Assembly: GCA_951406725.2 (NCBI GenBank)
Contig: OX597824.1
Coordinates: 44,454,001 to 44,518,000 of the forward strand
Direction: 5' to 3'
Source: Octopus vulgaris
Lineage: Eukaryota
DNA length: 64,000 nt
A program made the translations under genes and the position numbers. Each line of letters starts with the position of its first letter. Position 1 is the first letter of the stretch. The notes beneath the pieces are model-generated. The model worked only from the letters and a program-made list of their open reading frames with translations. It had not been told where the DNA came from and did no database searches. Of the stretch, positions 41,835 to 57,297 are shown one piece after another.

Positions 41835-44800
41835 CTGAATAAATGAAAAAATAAAAAGAGAAGAGAAAACACAATTATAAAATATATCAATATCATGACT
41901 TTGTGAAAAATGTTGCTGTTATTAATATTGTAAGAAATCATTATGAATGGCAGAATTGACAGTTTTGGAAAAAATACCAGGTGGTATTGCTTCTGGCTTT
42001 TTACTTTTTGAGTTTAAATCCCACCAAAGTTAATTTTTACCTTTCACTTTTCCAATAAAGTACCATTCAAAAAAAAAAAGGTAAATTTAATTGGTTTAAT
42101 CCTTCCTTCTAAATTTGTGACCTTGTGTCTATCTTAGAAACTATTAATCATTATTGAGGACAAAGAATGGAAGAATCAGCAGAACACTGAATAAAATACC
42201 TTACAGTATTCTGCCTCTTTGTGTTTCCAGTTCAGATCTCACCAAGATTGACTTTGCTTTTATCCTTTTAGAGGCCATACAAATAGAGCAAGTCAAATAT
42301 TGATTTCAAATTTTGGCACAAGGCTAGCAATTTCTGGGTGGAGGCTAGTCGATTACATCATTCCCAGTGCCCAACTGGTGCTTACGTTATTGACTCCAAA
42401 AGGATAAAAGGTAAAGCTGACCTTGGTGGAATTTGAACACAGAATGTAAAGACAGACAAAAAGCTGTTGAGCATTTTGCCTGGCATGTAACAATTCTGCC
42501 AGCTTGCCACCTTAGAGCAAGTTAGATATTGGTCTCAATCTAATCAACTGTACTGTTCTACATATTGAATGAACTTGTGATGATGTTAGAAATTAACATT
42601 ATTCTTACTTTTGGATTTAATTACATTCCTTTACATTAGGTGCTCAGATCTCACTGCGATCATCTCTTAGTCAAGTACCATCGTTAATTAACAAGAATTA
42701 CACACTTTACCGACAAATGTGCTGCCTTATTAGAAACTATTATTATTAGTAATAATTAATTAGTGATATGTCAAAAGCAGTTGAACACTAGACTAGATGT
42801 CTACCATTTTGAGTTCAAATACTGCCATGACTGACTATATTCTTTTATTCATTCAGGTTTGACAAATATGTACCAGGAATTTAGAAAGTTTGATTTAACC
42901 CTTTAGCATTTAAACTGACGATATCTGGCCAAAATATTCTACCTGTTTTATGTTCAAACTGACCAGATTTGACCTTTCATACCTCCCCTACAATATCATT
43001 AAAAAAAATTTTCAATCATGTCATTGAAATCTTGAAAGTATGAGATAATGCATGATTAATTCAAAACAATGTGAATAAATAAGCACTACATTTGAAAGAC
43101 TAATCTGAATGCTAAATCAATTATGCTTGTGATATTGTACCAAAGTAGGAAAATCATGTTTTTATAAATACTTTCTGCAAATATTCAAATACAATTTCAA
43201 GTGAGAACCTTGTAAAAATGACTACAAACTAAGCAAAGGCTTAGACATTATTAGTCAAAGTCCATAATAAAATAGAAAATGCATAAATAAACTTCAGAGA
43301 AATACATTTTTATTTTATATGCACACTTAACACATACTTACACACATACTCTATTCCTAAAATAATAACACCAATAATGATCGACTTATTCTCTGGAGGA
43401 AAAAAATCTTCTTCATAAAAAAATAAATTTAGATGTCAACAGACTATCTAATATAAAGGAGATACATACTCATGGGAAAAAAATTAGCTGATAAAATATA
43501 AATAATAAACAGTGAAAAATATAAACAAAGGATAAATGATAAATGTCAAATAACAAAATATTCAAAAAATCAAACTACAAATACAGATTTCTAAAGTTAA
43601 CAAATATATTTCTAACATTATAAAACCATAAGTAATGAAAGGCAATATCCTTACTCTAAAAAAAAAACTAAAAGTAAAACTTGTATGCTTATAGGTTGCT
43701 AACCAACAAAATGTAAACTACAATGGTACTAATAAAATATGAACACAATAGATTATGAGAAATATCTGATAGTAAGATAGTAATAAAATGATTGAATAGA
43801 TCTACCTTCAAAACTAGTTGGAGTTCTCAAAAATAGCTAGGAAACAGATAATAGATATTAACCAAATAATTTATACAACAGGCATAGTAATCACAAAGGG
43901 AAATGGATACTGTCTCAAAGGCCATCATGATGAAGCATCTAAACCCACATTAATATCAAAGAAAGACATTTTAATTAGAAAAAAAGAAAAAGAAAAGATA
44001 TACCAATTATTATAAAATTTTGACATAAAACCTACAAGTGAGTTAAAAAAATGTAAGAAATATATGGAAATATAATGAAGGGAAAAATTTATGAAGTAGA
44101 AGAGTGCCTGAAGTATAGAACCTCTATAAAAATTACAAAGAATCCAGATAAGAAAAAGCAGTAATACTTATACGAACAGAAGAAAGAGGTTTTATGAAGA
44201 ATTACAGGCATGACTGTATGATTAAGAAGTTTGCTTCCCAGCCATATAGTTTCAAGTTCAGTCCCACTGTACTGCTTCGTAGGTGTCTTCTAAATTAGCC
44301 CCGGGTTGACCAATACCTTACAAAGCAGAAACTGTGGAATCCTGTAATGAGTGTGCATTTTTGTGTTTTGTTTGTCTCCCTGTTGCTTGACAACCAGTGT
44401 TAGTCTGTTTATGCCCCCATAATTTACCAGTTCAGCAAAAAGAGTCCAACAGAATAAGTACTAGATTTAAAAATTGTTACAGAGATCAATTTGCTTGACT
44501 AAATCCTTTAGAACAAGTAAAAGAATAAGAATAAACCGAAAGTCAACTGACCACCAACAAGAGAAGCAGAAGAATTTTGGAGAAGTATACAAAATTATAG
44601 AGAGCAGCAAGGCCCATAATGAGCAACAAATCCGAAACAACAACAATAAGGAAAGCTGTTCTGATGTTCATCCATTTCTTATTTATTCTATTCTTTATTT
44701 GGAAGAAATAGTTAAATAATAATGACAATGAGCTTATTGTACACAGCACTACAGCTTGTTGGAAAAGGGTAAAAGAGGGGACAGGAAGCAGCATTAAGTC

Positions 44801-46971
44801 AAATAAAGACAGCAATGACAGCAAAAAGTGCGTGCACAGTACACAATTTAAAATGTAAAAAGAGAGAAAAAGGAACAGGGAAAATGCTACAGAGGAAAAG
44901 GTGAATAGGCATGTCAGGAGTAGTGTTGGCAAATTTTGGGAAGCATGGAACTTTTGAAGAATGTAATGTTCTGACAGCTAACAATCATCATAGATAGTTT
45001 ATTTCATGTTTCAACAATTCTAACCAAAAGTTAATGAATGATAAATAAAAATAAATTTTCCCAACATGTGAATGTAAATATATACTGCTAACTATTATAG
45101 CCCATAATATATGAAAGAAATTGTGTTGTTATGTATCTATGAGTGTAAAAGTATTTTAATAGTATCCCTTTGAATTTTTTTTCCGTTTTACATATAACCC
45201 ATATTTCTATCATTGCATTTAATTTCTTTGTATGACTACTTTCATTTTATGCACAACCAGAATTTATGTATTGTATATCCAAATAATTAACTGAAAAAGT
45301 AAAACTTGGAAAAACAGATACAAAAAAATCCCTTTTTTGTGTTATTTTGCTATTTTGCTCCATAATCATTCGTTAAAAATTAAGAATTTCTAGTTTCTGA
45401 ATTATTAGAGAAGACACACAAACAGTTTATAAAACAAACTGAACAGGAACAGAAGTATTTAATTTTTTAATGGTTGGGTATATTTGATGAGAGAAGGGAT
45501 GACAATAGTAGACTCAAAGAAGCGAAAAGGAAGGCAGCTGATCTCCACAAATACTGTGAGTACTACCTCCCATTCTTTGACTTATTAATTAATCAGCCTT
45601 CACATTCAAGAGATTATGGTTTGGTAGCAGGTACCATGTTTTTTGCCAATTATTTTAGGAACTTATGTTGTCATAAGCAGACATTTATACTCTCAGTTTG
45701 TTCACTCTTAATTTGGTAGAATATCCAAGTTGTAATAGTCGGAAGGAGTAAGGGTAGCAGCAACAACTGGCTAGTTCTCATTAGTAGACTAGAGCAACAT
45801 GGAAAGAAGTGCTTTGCCCAAGGACACAGTGTGCTTTCCTGTCCAGGAATTGAACCCATGACCTTATGATCATGAGTCACCCAAATCACATACAAGGTAT
45901 AAACATCCTAACCACATATACAAGGTATAAATAGGAAGATGGTATAAAAATAGAAACCTAACAAATCAGAAAGTATAGGCACGTGAATAACTGTATAGTT
46001 AAAAAACTTAATTTGTAACCATTAATTCCAGTTTGATCTCACTGCACAGCACCTTGGACAAGCATGTTTTACCAGAGCCTTTTGTTGACCAAAAACTTGT
46101 AAGCAAAATTGAATAGCTAGGAATTTTACTGAAGCCAATTGTATAAAAACATGTGTGTGTGTGTGTGTTGAATATCAACAAAAGATATACATATCAGTAA
46201 GATAATAAACCAACGTGTCAAACAAAAACACTTTGTGGTATTCCTTCTATCTAAATTAGACACACACCCTTATTACTCTAAAATCTGAAATGAAGGTTCA
46301 TGGGGAAATTGTAACCAATGATACTATTGTTAACAAAATGTATGACATATAAAATAAAATAGATAAAATCATTTAAATAAGAGTAACCCAATACATCAAA
46401 GAACCAATAACTAAAAGGTTTCTAGAACTGATAAAAATAAGCTGAATGAAACATTTGTAAAAACATCTAAGAGTCTAACAAAAAATTTGAAAACAAAAAT
46501 GGCTTCCTGAATAAATAAAACCTATCCTAATTCTACGAAAATAAAGAATCATCAAATCTCTAAAAGAAGATAATTTGTCTATTTACAAACCTTCACATTA
46601 ATTCTTGCACAAATGATAAATTGTAAGATGATGGAAAGCAATATTCTTCTTAAAAAGAAGATATAAAGATTTAGGGATTGTGAAGATCAACCACGCATTA
46701 GACAATAGATAAATAATCTTTTATCTTATCCTTGGTGCAGTCATTAGACTGCATTCATGCTGGGGTATTACCTTGACAGGTTTTCATCAAATGAATTGAT
46801 CACAGGATTAATCTTTCTAAAGCCTGGCACTTATCTTATTGGTCAATTTTGCCAAACCACTAAGTTATGGGGATGTAAAGAAGCGAACACTGGCTGTCAA
46901 GCAGTGGTGGGGGACAAATACAAAGATACACACACGTACATATATATATCCCCCTCCCACCCTCTCTCTCT

Positions 46972-47035
<64 letters not shown>

Positions 47036-47038
<3 letters not shown>

Positions 47039-47135
47039 TCATCATCATCATTTAACGTCCGCTTTCCATGCTAGCATGGGTTGGACGGTTCAACTGGGGT
47101 CTGAGGAGCCCGAAGGCTGCACCAGGCCAGTCAGA

Positions 47136-47137
<2 letters not shown>
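47036..47137 (-). mobile_element. About 100-bp 5'-truncated RTE 3' end inserted in (TA)n inside a SINE
   Basis: tcatcatcatttaacgtccgctttccatgctagcatgggttggacgg is nearly identical to 33120-33170. Confidence 0.85.
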
Positions 47138-47178
<41 letters not shown>

Positions 47179-48294
47179 GACTTCTTTTAAATTGTCTACC
47201 AGATCCATTCACAAGGCTTTGGTTGGCTAGAGGCCATAGTGAAAGACACTTGCCCAAGGTTCCATGCAATGATGCTGGAATGAACCGGAATGGACTAAAC
47301 AGAATACAGTATTCACAGATGAGAGAAGAGGTGAGGAATACATATAGTAGTACTTAATAAATAAGATCTTTATAATATTAACATTCAGAGTCTCTTTGTT
47401 TGTGTGTTCTATAATTTTAGCAAAACTATACATTGTGCCAATAAAATCTTCCAACAAATGTACTCTTAAATACACAATCTTTTACTTAAAATATCTTCCA
47501 CTTCATTCATCAACCTAAAACCCTGAAAAACCAAGACTGCTGTTGATTATTGTTTTAATACAGACCAGTAATTTTGAGCTGTTCAAGAAATGTAAAAATT
47601 CATGAATAACAGACACACACACACATGTGCACACACACAGACATATACCCACACAGACACTAGCATACATACACACACACACTCACTCATTCCCCAACAA
47701 ACACATAGGAACATACATCGACCGAGAGAGAAAGAGAGAAACTCCTTTTAATTTGCATTCTCTCGAGTTAGAGCATTTTAACTCTTTAGCATTTAGATTA
47801 TTCCGTCATATATATTACTTATTTATTCACATTGTTTTGAACTAATCTAACATTATCTTATAACTTTGAGATTTTGATGATGAGATTGTTTATTTTTAGA
47901 ATGACACTGCAGTGTAGGTGTGAGAGGCTTGAACTGGTAAGCTAAAACAGGTAAAATATTTTGGCTGGATATGGCCAGTCTAAATGCTAAAGGGCTGAAG
48001 ATTCAGGCAAACAGACATAGATATCTATAATAAGGAAAAAACACTAAAATGATTTATTTTTAACAATGCTAGCTAAATAATATTAACTTTTACTGATGGT
48101 ATCAAGTGGAATCAGCCCCAAACCATGTGGCTATGAAGCAATGTCTACACCATAACTTTTGTTCCTATGTTGAATTATATCCTTTTTTTACATACAGTTT
48201 ATATACTTAAAGTAATATATAACACATACATACATATATGCATACATACATACATACCTACATACATACATACATACATACATGCATACATATA

Positions 48295-49563
48295 CTGGGT
48301 CATCCCATAAATAATGCAGTTTTTTTATACTTCTTTTATTTTTCAAAATTAAGATAACTAAAGTTCTTTTTTAATCTAAAATATACACTTCATTTTCAAC
48401 AATTTTCTTCCAGCTATCTGTTAGACTTGCAAGGCCCCTCTTCCAAAATTCACTTGTCTGTGATGAAAAATACTCCTCCAGTACTATTCTGACCTCGTCT
48501 ACAGAATTCATATTTTTTCTGTCCAAATGATTTTGAAGACTGCAAAATAAATGATAATTAGATGGGCAATGTCTGGCGAATATGATGGGTGGGGCATCAT
48601 TTCCAATTCAAACTACTCTAGACTTGGAATGTCATCCTTGCTGTATGTGGCCGAGCATTATCCTGATGGAAGAACACTTTTCGTCTTGAAAGCAAAGATG
48701 GTCATTTTTCTTCTAGTGCTGACTTAAGCCACTCAAGCTGCTTGCAGTAGATTTCCTTTGTTATCATTTGGTGTGGGTTTAAAAGTTCAAGGTGAACTAA
48801 ACTTTTCATATCCCACCAAACAGATAACAATACCTTACATGGGTGAAAACCTTCTTTAGCCTGGGGTGCTGGTATTTCTCCTTTCCCTACCCACTATCTT
48901 CAGCACTTGACATTTTTATAGAGAACCAATTTCTTGTCATCAGTCACCATTCAGTCCAAAAAAGGTTCATTCATGAGACGTGGCAGCAAAGAAGAGCACC
49001 CATTTACTCTCTGTGAGTAGTTAGACTTGGAAAGTTTGTGAGGAACCCATTGACCCAATTTGCTGACTTTTCTGATGGTGTTGATGAATGGTTGAATGAC
49101 AAAAACCAAGCTTCTCTGCTAGTTCCTCAACAGTTACAATAGGATTTTGTTCCACCAGGGTTTGTAGGACATCCTCATCAAGCTCTACAGATCTTCCAGG
49201 ATGAGTTTCTAGGCTGTAGTTTCCAGCTCGGAATTGCTGGAACTACCGTTGACACTGGCTTATGCTTACTGTCTGATCCCCGTATACTGCATTAATATTC
49301 TTTGCATTTTCCATTGTGTTGTTGCCTTTATTGAACTCATAAAGCAAAATATGCTGAATATGCGCCTTTGTCACTTCCATTATAGCTTTGAAAAAATAAC
49401 TGTTAAAATCGAACTGCACTCTTCAAAACTTGCACTAAGAATAAGGACAACGTAAAATTACTACCAGCTTTTATAGCAAGTTAATGCAGGTAGTTTATTC
49501 CATCCCTCTCTGACTTTTAGTTCATGCAATTGAAAAAACCACATTATTTATGGGATGACCCAA
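48295..49563 (-). mobile_element. Decayed full-length mariner (second family)
   Basis: TIRs TA|ctgggtcatcccataaataatgcagtttttt ... aaaaaaccacattatttatgggatgacccaa|TA. Minus-strand NEPFLD*MVTDD, VFFHQDNARPHTA, PHPSYSPDIA. Confidence 0.9.
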
Positions 49564-49877
49564 TAAATATGCATGCATGCATACATACATACATATGTAC
49601 AGGTTGGTGTTAGGAAGGACATCCAGCTGTAAAAACCATGCCAAAACAAACACAAAAGTCTGGTGTAGTCTTCTACCTGGCTGGCTCCAGCATGGGAGAT
49701 GGACATTAAATGAAGATGATGATGATGATAATACAGGGTTACCCATTTGCAGCTGAGTGGACTGGAGCAACATAAAATGAAGTGTTTTGCTCAAGAACAC
49801 AATGCACCGACAGTCAAAAAATGAAACCATAATCTTGAGATTGTGAGTGCAACGCCCTAACCAGTAGACCGAGTGCC

Positions 49878-49916
<39 letters not shown>

Positions 49917-52074
49917 TAAAGGATGATTTCAGGACATTGACTCTTATAGAGGAGATGACAAAGGACTGAGATATCTGACACCTTTCTGTACTCAAGAAGA
50001 CCCATCCTCCATACCAGAAGTGCTAATGTCACTCCCCCTGCTGAAGAGTATTAGCCAGCAAGAGTCCTGTGTACTGTTGTCATGTAAAAAGCACCCAGCA
50101 CACTCTGTAAAGTAGTTGGTGTTAGGAAGGGCATCAAGTCATAGAAACCAACCCAAATCAGACAGGAACCTGGTGCAGTTCTCCAACTTTTCAGCTCTGA
50201 TCAAACAGTCCAATGCATGCCAGCACAGAAAATGAATGTTAAAGAAGGATGATGATGATGATGATGATGATAAATTTTGAATTAGAAGCATTTCTAATAA
50301 TAGAAACATTATGGATGCCACACACTTAATATACATGTATTATTTATACACTGATTAACTGCGGAATTTTGTCTGAGGAAAGTCCCTTTCAGGCATCAAG
50401 TATCAAAAAACGGTGAATACCTCAAAACCAGATGAAATAAACTGAACTGTAGGTGAATGAGAATGGTGGCTATTGATATTTCGCTGTTGTCTCAGCTCAT
50501 TGGCAACATATACTCAAGTCATCCCCAAAATGAATTTGCATCACTAGGTGAGGTATATATGCTAATAGTATAAAACCTATCAGCTGATGTGCAATGGTGC
50601 TGTATAAGTAAAACAAAAGTTTTAAATGAAAAGCAGCTCTAATACACACACATGCACACGCACACACACACACACACAAACACACACACAAACACACACC
50701 AGTCTAACTTCTTTATTTTTCTATTTCTAGGTAGAAATTTCTTTATGATTCTGAAAAAAAAATGTTTAAAATTTTTCTTTTTTTTCGTTTTGCTTGCCCT
50801 TACACTTTCTGTTTAGTGTACATAACCAACCATAACTTTTCTATTTGACATTTTCCCTTTTTATTTTTAAATATTTTTATGTATTAAACATAAAAGATGG
50901 ATTAACTCCTGTGAGAAAAGAAATTGGTTTAGAGTTAGGGTATAAGATTAGGATATCGGGTAAGGTTTTAAGGGTGAGGTATAGAGTTTAGGGTTAGACT
51001 TGTGTGGATAGGGGTAAAGAGAGCAAAAAAGCTCCTAGTATACCTTGTAAAGTAAATGGTGTTAGAAGGGCATCCAGTAATAGAAACTATGCCAAAATGA
51101 ACTCAGGAACAAGATGCAGTCCTTGGATCCATCAGATCCTGTCAAGCTGTCCAACCCATGCCAGCATGGAACTTAGACATTAAATGATGATGATAAATTG
51201 TATATAAAATATATTTGATATTCAACTTACATACACACACACACAAATTGAATGTTGATAACATTTCTGTGTTTTCTTAACACTATGTATCTTTAAAGCA
51301 GATCTGTGTTGATGAAAATCTGAGGTTCCTGGTCTTTAAATGATGGATATGAGTTAAGTATGTGAAATTAATAATGTTTACATTATTGAGCTGCTTCTAA
51401 TGCATAATTTAATTTATTCTACATGAGTTATATTAATTTAGAAAGTGAAAAAGAAATGTGTATATCTATTTCAAATAATATACTCATTGTGTTCAAAATA
51501 ATACATTTATACAGGATTATGATCATTTCTCATTCGATAGATTGGCCACCAGTGGTGTGCCTTGTTTCCCAGGCAGTGCTAGGTATTCTAGTTAGTCTAT
51601 AAAACTGAAGTAAGCACACCAGACAAAATGACTAGTGGCATTTTGTTTGCCTTTACTTCTGAGTTCAAATTCCACTGAGGTTGACTTTACCTTTCATCCT
51701 TCTGGGGTAGATAAAATAAGTAGCAGTTGACTATTGGGGCCTATGTAATCAACTTACTTCCCCTCCCCCAAAGTTGTTGGCCTTGAAATCAATATATGAA
51801 ACTAAAGTGAATGTTAGAAATAAGGTTATAAGTATCAATGTTCTAGCTGACCCAGTAAGAAGTGAGTTATAATATACACATGCTGTGATGAAGTGAATTT
51901 TTGAAAAGAGAAATACCAGTGGAAACAAAGAGAATGTATTCATTCATTTAGATCAAAGTAATTTTTATCAATGTATCAAAGTATTAAAATGGGTTCTTTC
52001 ATTTTTAGGGGTTATGATTTGAGGGGGATTTGGCTAGCATTTCTACAACTACATGGTTGAGCAACCATGTAGAG

Positions 52075-52402
52075 CAGTGGTTCTCAAGCATTTTTACCTA
52101 TGGACTCCTTTGATTACTGTTTTATTCTGGTGGACCCCCATAGCCATTCGATGTTTGAAAACTAGTTTTATAGATATTTCTTTCAAAATTCTTATTTTGT
52201 TTTCTACACATTCACTTGTGTAGGCTGAACTATGTAAAATGTCAAAGAAAGAAACCTAGTTGTTACTTGCATCTGAAGTAAAAAAATTTCAAGGACTCTT
52301 AAAATACTACTGTGGACTCAATTTACTATTTTGTTTGTGTAGACACTCCAAAATCTTATATGGACCACAAGGGGCCATATGGATTCCCATTGAGAACTAC
52401 TG
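52075..52402. mobile_element. hAT (Charlie-like) MITE, 328 bp
   Basis: TIRs cagtggttctcaa / ttgagaactactg; perfect 8-bp TSD atgtagag at 52067-52074 and 52403-52410. Confidence 0.9.
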
Positions 52403-53494
52403 ATGTAGAGGTTCTCTTGTTGATTTATTGTTAAGTAGTGAAAGTAATCCAAGTAAACCCATAATGCAACAGATATAAATCAAACATTAGGGTACTACAC
52501 CAAAATTCAGCCTACCAAAATAAACCATTGCTATAAGTGGCATCAATTCCAGTATAGCCTATTTCATCAGCTTATGTAAAAACAAAAAAACAAAAAAAAA
52601 ACCGCCTCTACCTCTGCTTTTTAATTTTATTGAGGCAATTTTAGTTTTCTTGAAAAGAAGTAGGAATGAAAAGTGTAAAGCATTAAATATCTTGTATCAT
52701 TTTTCAACATTCCTGTTGAGAAAGAACACAGTCAAACTGAAAATAGGATAAAATGTTGATATGTTAGCTAAACACCTAGAAGGTCAAGTGACCAACTTAT
52801 CATCAAACACAGTTTTGTTGGTTTGAACTATATCAATGTCAATGAAGAAGTTTGTTCATTAAATTAATGTTTCCACAAGTCACAAGATGTCAAAGTCCTA
52901 CAAAGCTGTTCATTCTTACCCTCTTTTTAGTTTTGTTTGTTATGCAAGCAGAGAAAGGGATAATTTCGATACCAGAGAAATACAAGTATTAAATACTTCA
53001 GATTACCTTTCAACATTCCTGTCTAGAAATGGAATATCTCTGGGCTTAGATTTCTCTGTGTGTGTGTGAAGAGGGGGCAGTGGGTGGAGTGATCTAGGAG
53101 GAAAAAAACCCCAACAACAATGAAGAAGTGAATACAAAAGGTGAAAGAGAAGAATTGAAGCTCATAAAGCTTAGATTAAGTTATTTTAGGACATTTAATA
53201 GTTCAAAGAGATGAAGAAGGTGAAGAGAAACTCTATGACAGATGCAAAAATTTATCTTATAAAATATGTCCATTGCTGATGAATCAGAAGTTTTTTTATA
53301 TTTCATTTTTTTCAAACTAGTAGTTAAACTGAAGTTTGCAGAAAATATTAAAAAAAAGAACCTCCCATAACAACTCCAGCATAATTAGGGGCTATAAACT
53401 ATTCAGAAAAGGAGTAGAAAACATAGAGATTGTGTTTCTGAGAGAGAGAATTGGAGAGAAAGAGAGGTTAGAATGAGTGTGAATGAGTGAGTGA

Positions 53495-53546
<52 letters not shown>

Positions 53547-53668
53547 ACAACTTGAACAGTTGAAAGTAAGAGTAAGATGGTTAAGGAAAGATAAGCTGAA
53601 GAGAGTGAAAAGTATTTGAGAAAGGCAGATGGGCAGACAGAGTGAAGAACAGACAGATACTTAGATAA

Positions 53669-53742
<74 letters not shown>
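53669..53742. repeat. (GATA)n microsatellite
   Basis: Directly visible. Confidence 0.95.
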
Positions 53743-53743
<1 letters not shown>

Positions 53744-54419
53744 TGCTGCAATGCCTCAAGTAATCAATAAATTATAAGGAAGTGACTAGAAAGGATGATG
53801 CTCTGGAATAAAAAATAAATAAAACACTACAGAAATAAACTTTGTTTTATGAAATGCTATTCTCAAATTGAGGACTAATAAAGGTGAAGGATGATAATGA
53901 TGTTGATGATGATGGTGATGAGGAAGATGATGGTTATGATGATGATGATGATGACAACAATGATGTAGATGAAAAGAAAAAGAATGCAGAAGAAAAGGAG
54001 AAGATAATAAGAATGATGGCAATGATGATGAGGGTGATGATGATTGCAATGATGATGATGGTGGAGGATGAGTAGGAGGGGAGGGGAGCAGGAAAATAGT
54101 GTGATTAGAAGAAATGAAAACAAAAAAAATACCTTGCAAAAAAAAAAAGAAAAAGAGAAAGAAATGAAAAGGAGATTGAAAAAGAAAGATAAACTTCTTT
54201 TTGCAAACATTCCCCTAATGAGAACCTGATGAATGCAATTTCTAATTTGACAGAATCTAAATTCACATGAAACCTGCCAGCAACATGGTAGCAACATGGA
54301 TTAGAGTCTTCAAGTTCTTGGATAAACGCCACTGAATTTCTGACTGCTGCTGTTCAAGATTTACTTAGCTTTTCCTGCAAATCATCACTTTCTTCAACAA
54401 CAGATATCATATTACACAC

Positions 54420-55285
54420 TTTCTCTCTCCCTCTATGCATGTCCTCTGTGCTAGTGTCCTGTCTGTCTATCTGTCTCTCTCTCCCCCTTCTTTCACTTAC
54501 TTCTTTTGATAACCCCTCTACTCCTGCACTCTCTCTCTCTCTCTGCTTGTCTATCAGTCTCTCTCTCTTCCTCTTTTTTGTATATAGTCCTCCTTTGTTT
54601 GCTCCCTCTACTCCCACTCTTCATTTACACACACACTTTCTCTCTTTATCTCACATTCCTCTTTTACTTGCTCCTGCTACTCTAACCCACTCATTCACTC
54701 TCTCTCTCTGCTTGTCTGTCAGTGTCTCTCTCACACACTTTTATCTGCTCCCTCTATTCCCATTCTCCAGCTGTCTCTTCACATCAGTATCTTTCACTTG
54801 CATCTTTTGCTTCTTCTTCCTCTCTGTCTGCAACTCTTTCTCACTTGTTCTCTCTCAAAACCTCTTCTCTTCACCTTTATAGCTTCCTCAAATTATCTCA
54901 CTCATTCTCTCTATCTTTCTCTGCCTATATCTTCCCCCTCACACCTTTAAAAATTGCATTCAATTCTCCCACACCTCCCATTTATGCTCTCTTATATTTC
55001 ACTTACTCTTTCTACCTTTTCTCTTGCTTTCTTTGTTTTTCTCTCATTTTCTACATTTTCACTCACTTCTGTTGACTCCACTCTTCCCCCAATTCACTCA
55101 GTATCTTGTCTTTCTTTCTCTTTTCTTCCAATCTTTTATTTGCTCACTCACTCACTTTCTCTCTCTCTCTCCCTTGCTTAGAGAGATTTATTTTCTTTGT
55201 TCTTTATCTTTCTACCTTTGCAGTGTCTCCCTCTTTTATCCATATCTCCATCTTTTATTCTCTCTCTCTCTTTCTCTCAACTAAG
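54420..55285. repeat. Pyrimidine-rich (CT) low-complexity tract
   Basis: Strong strand asymmetry; explains the overlapping S/L/F-rich ORFs. Confidence 0.85.
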
Positions 55286-56157
55286 CCTTTTGGTATGATA
55301 CCAATTTCCTCTACTCCTATATAATATTTCACAGTAAGTACAGCATTATTTAAAAAAAAAGAAGAAAGAAAACAAACCTTTCAGCTACTATTTACAGATT
55401 AGTTTATCTTACAATAGAAGATTCAGTGATTTGTAAAGGGAAAGATTCATAACATAGACAGAAACAGTTCAGATTTGTAGCAGAGAAGTTGCTGGAAATG
55501 CTTTGTCATTGATTCCTTACTAAAAAAAATGCAAGAACATTTGTGACATTAGTCAAAACAATTCCAAGTGGGGAGCAAAACCAGGTCATGTATTGAGTTT
55601 AACCACAAATAAATTGAAAGATTGCAGATGATAAGATAGAAAGCCTGATTTTTGGTGAGAAAAAGAGAACAGTTAACCAAACCGAGTCTGACTTATCACA
55701 TGAGTGTAGTTGATATTACAACCATGTGATTCTGTATTTGATACCACTACATGGCAGCTTGGATATCTTCTATGAAAGTCTTGAATTAACCAAAGTCTTG
55801 TGAGTCAAATTTGTTTGGTGAAAACTGTGCAGAAGCCTGTCAGGTGTGTGTGTGCGCGTGCATGCAAATGTGTGCACATCATCATCTTCATTGTTATCGT
55901 TTTTAACATTCACTTTTCCATGCATGCTTAGGTTAGTTGGGATTCATTGAAGCAGATATTCTATGGCTTGGATGCCCTTCCTGTCACCAACCCTCATCTG
56001 TTTCCAAGTAAGGTAATATTTCTCCAGGGCCAGTTGTTTTCACAAAAGACTGGAAGCAAAGGACACAACTTATATGATGGTAGTATTTGTACACATGCTT
56101 CATACAATTAATGTCATGACAAAGGGTCACAAACATACATACATGCACACACATGTA

Positions 56158-57297
56158 CAAGAATGGGCTGAAAAGTTCATAGTCTGACTATGAAGGAGCA
56201 ATGTTAGACCTGTGAAAGCTTGCTTGTATTAATTTCAACTCTTCTTATTAATAACTTCATTGTTTCTTTTCAGGTAAACTGACATCTCAGTGTTCAAAGA
56301 AGACTTCAAAAGTAACAAGTACTGACTTCCGTTGAAAATGGACAAAATTTGGCATCATGGTGTTATCAAGGACCTGCATTCATGGTGACATGCTTGCTAT
56401 ATTAAAGAATGATAGCTTTGATAGTGTTCACCACATAGATGACAGGAGATTGACCATAAATCAAATAGCTAATGACATTAGCATATCCCATGAGAGAGTT
56501 GGGAATATTTTGTACAATGAACTTGGCATGATGAAGGTTTTTGTGTGGTGAGTATCACATCTTCTGACACCTGATCAAAAGCACACCAGGCAGAAAACAC
56601 CATGGGAAAATCTGACATTGTTTCAGGCAGATCTAGCTGATTTCCTTGAATGTTTCCTAACCCAGGATGAGTGTTGGTTTCGTCACTTTGAACCAGAGAC
56701 AATCCATGCTGTAGAAACACCCCTCCTCACCTATTCCAAACAAAGCAAAGGTCATTTCATCTGCAGAGAAGGTGCTGGCCTGTTTTTGGGGATGCAAAAG
56801 GCATTGCATTTATTGACTATCTTCAAACAAGCCACACCATCAATGGAGAATGCCATGCCAACTTGCTGAGGCAGTTACAAAAAGCTATGAAAACCAAATG
56901 CCCAGGAAAACTGACACAAGGGGTCTTGTTTCATCAGGACAATGCTCCAGCACAAAAGTCCTTGCTTTCAATGGCTGCTGAACATGATTGTGGCTTTGAA
57001 CTGGTTGATCACCCACCATATTCTGATTTGGCCCCATCTGACTATCATCTGTTCTCCAACATGAAAAAAAACACTTGCAAAACTGGTGCATTGCAGTGAT
57101 GATGGCATCATATCTACTGTTGATGACTCTTTTGACCAACAGGATGAGAGCTTCTACACCAATGGGATCCAAGCATTGCAACACTGATGGAAGAAGTGTG
57201 TGGACTGCAAAGGGAATGATGTTGAAAAATAAACCTCATTTGGTCACATTCCATGAAAGTATCTTGGATAGCCTATGAACTTTTCAGCTGACCCTTG
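56158..57297 (+). mobile_element. Decayed mariner (third family) with internal deletion
   Basis: TIRs TA|caagaatgggctgaaaagttcatagtct ... agcctatgaacttttcagctgacccttg|TA. Motifs DDRRLTI, TQDECW, HQDNAPA, HPPYSDLAPSDYHLF are spread over shifted frames. Confidence 0.9.

Noticed and set aside
43200-46700. A-rich stretches suggestive of decayed retroelement coding sequence
   Set aside because: No diagnostic motif could be read.
53786-55324. Overlapping His-, Asp- and Ser/Leu/Phe-rich ORFs
   Set aside because: Products of (GAT)n and CT-rich low-complexity DNA.
55378-55519. Minus-strand exon-like segment (tttttttAG ... GTttgt); similar case at about 60540-60726
   Set aside because: No XRCC3-like ATG frame. 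Could be UTR exons, but unsupported without transcripts.
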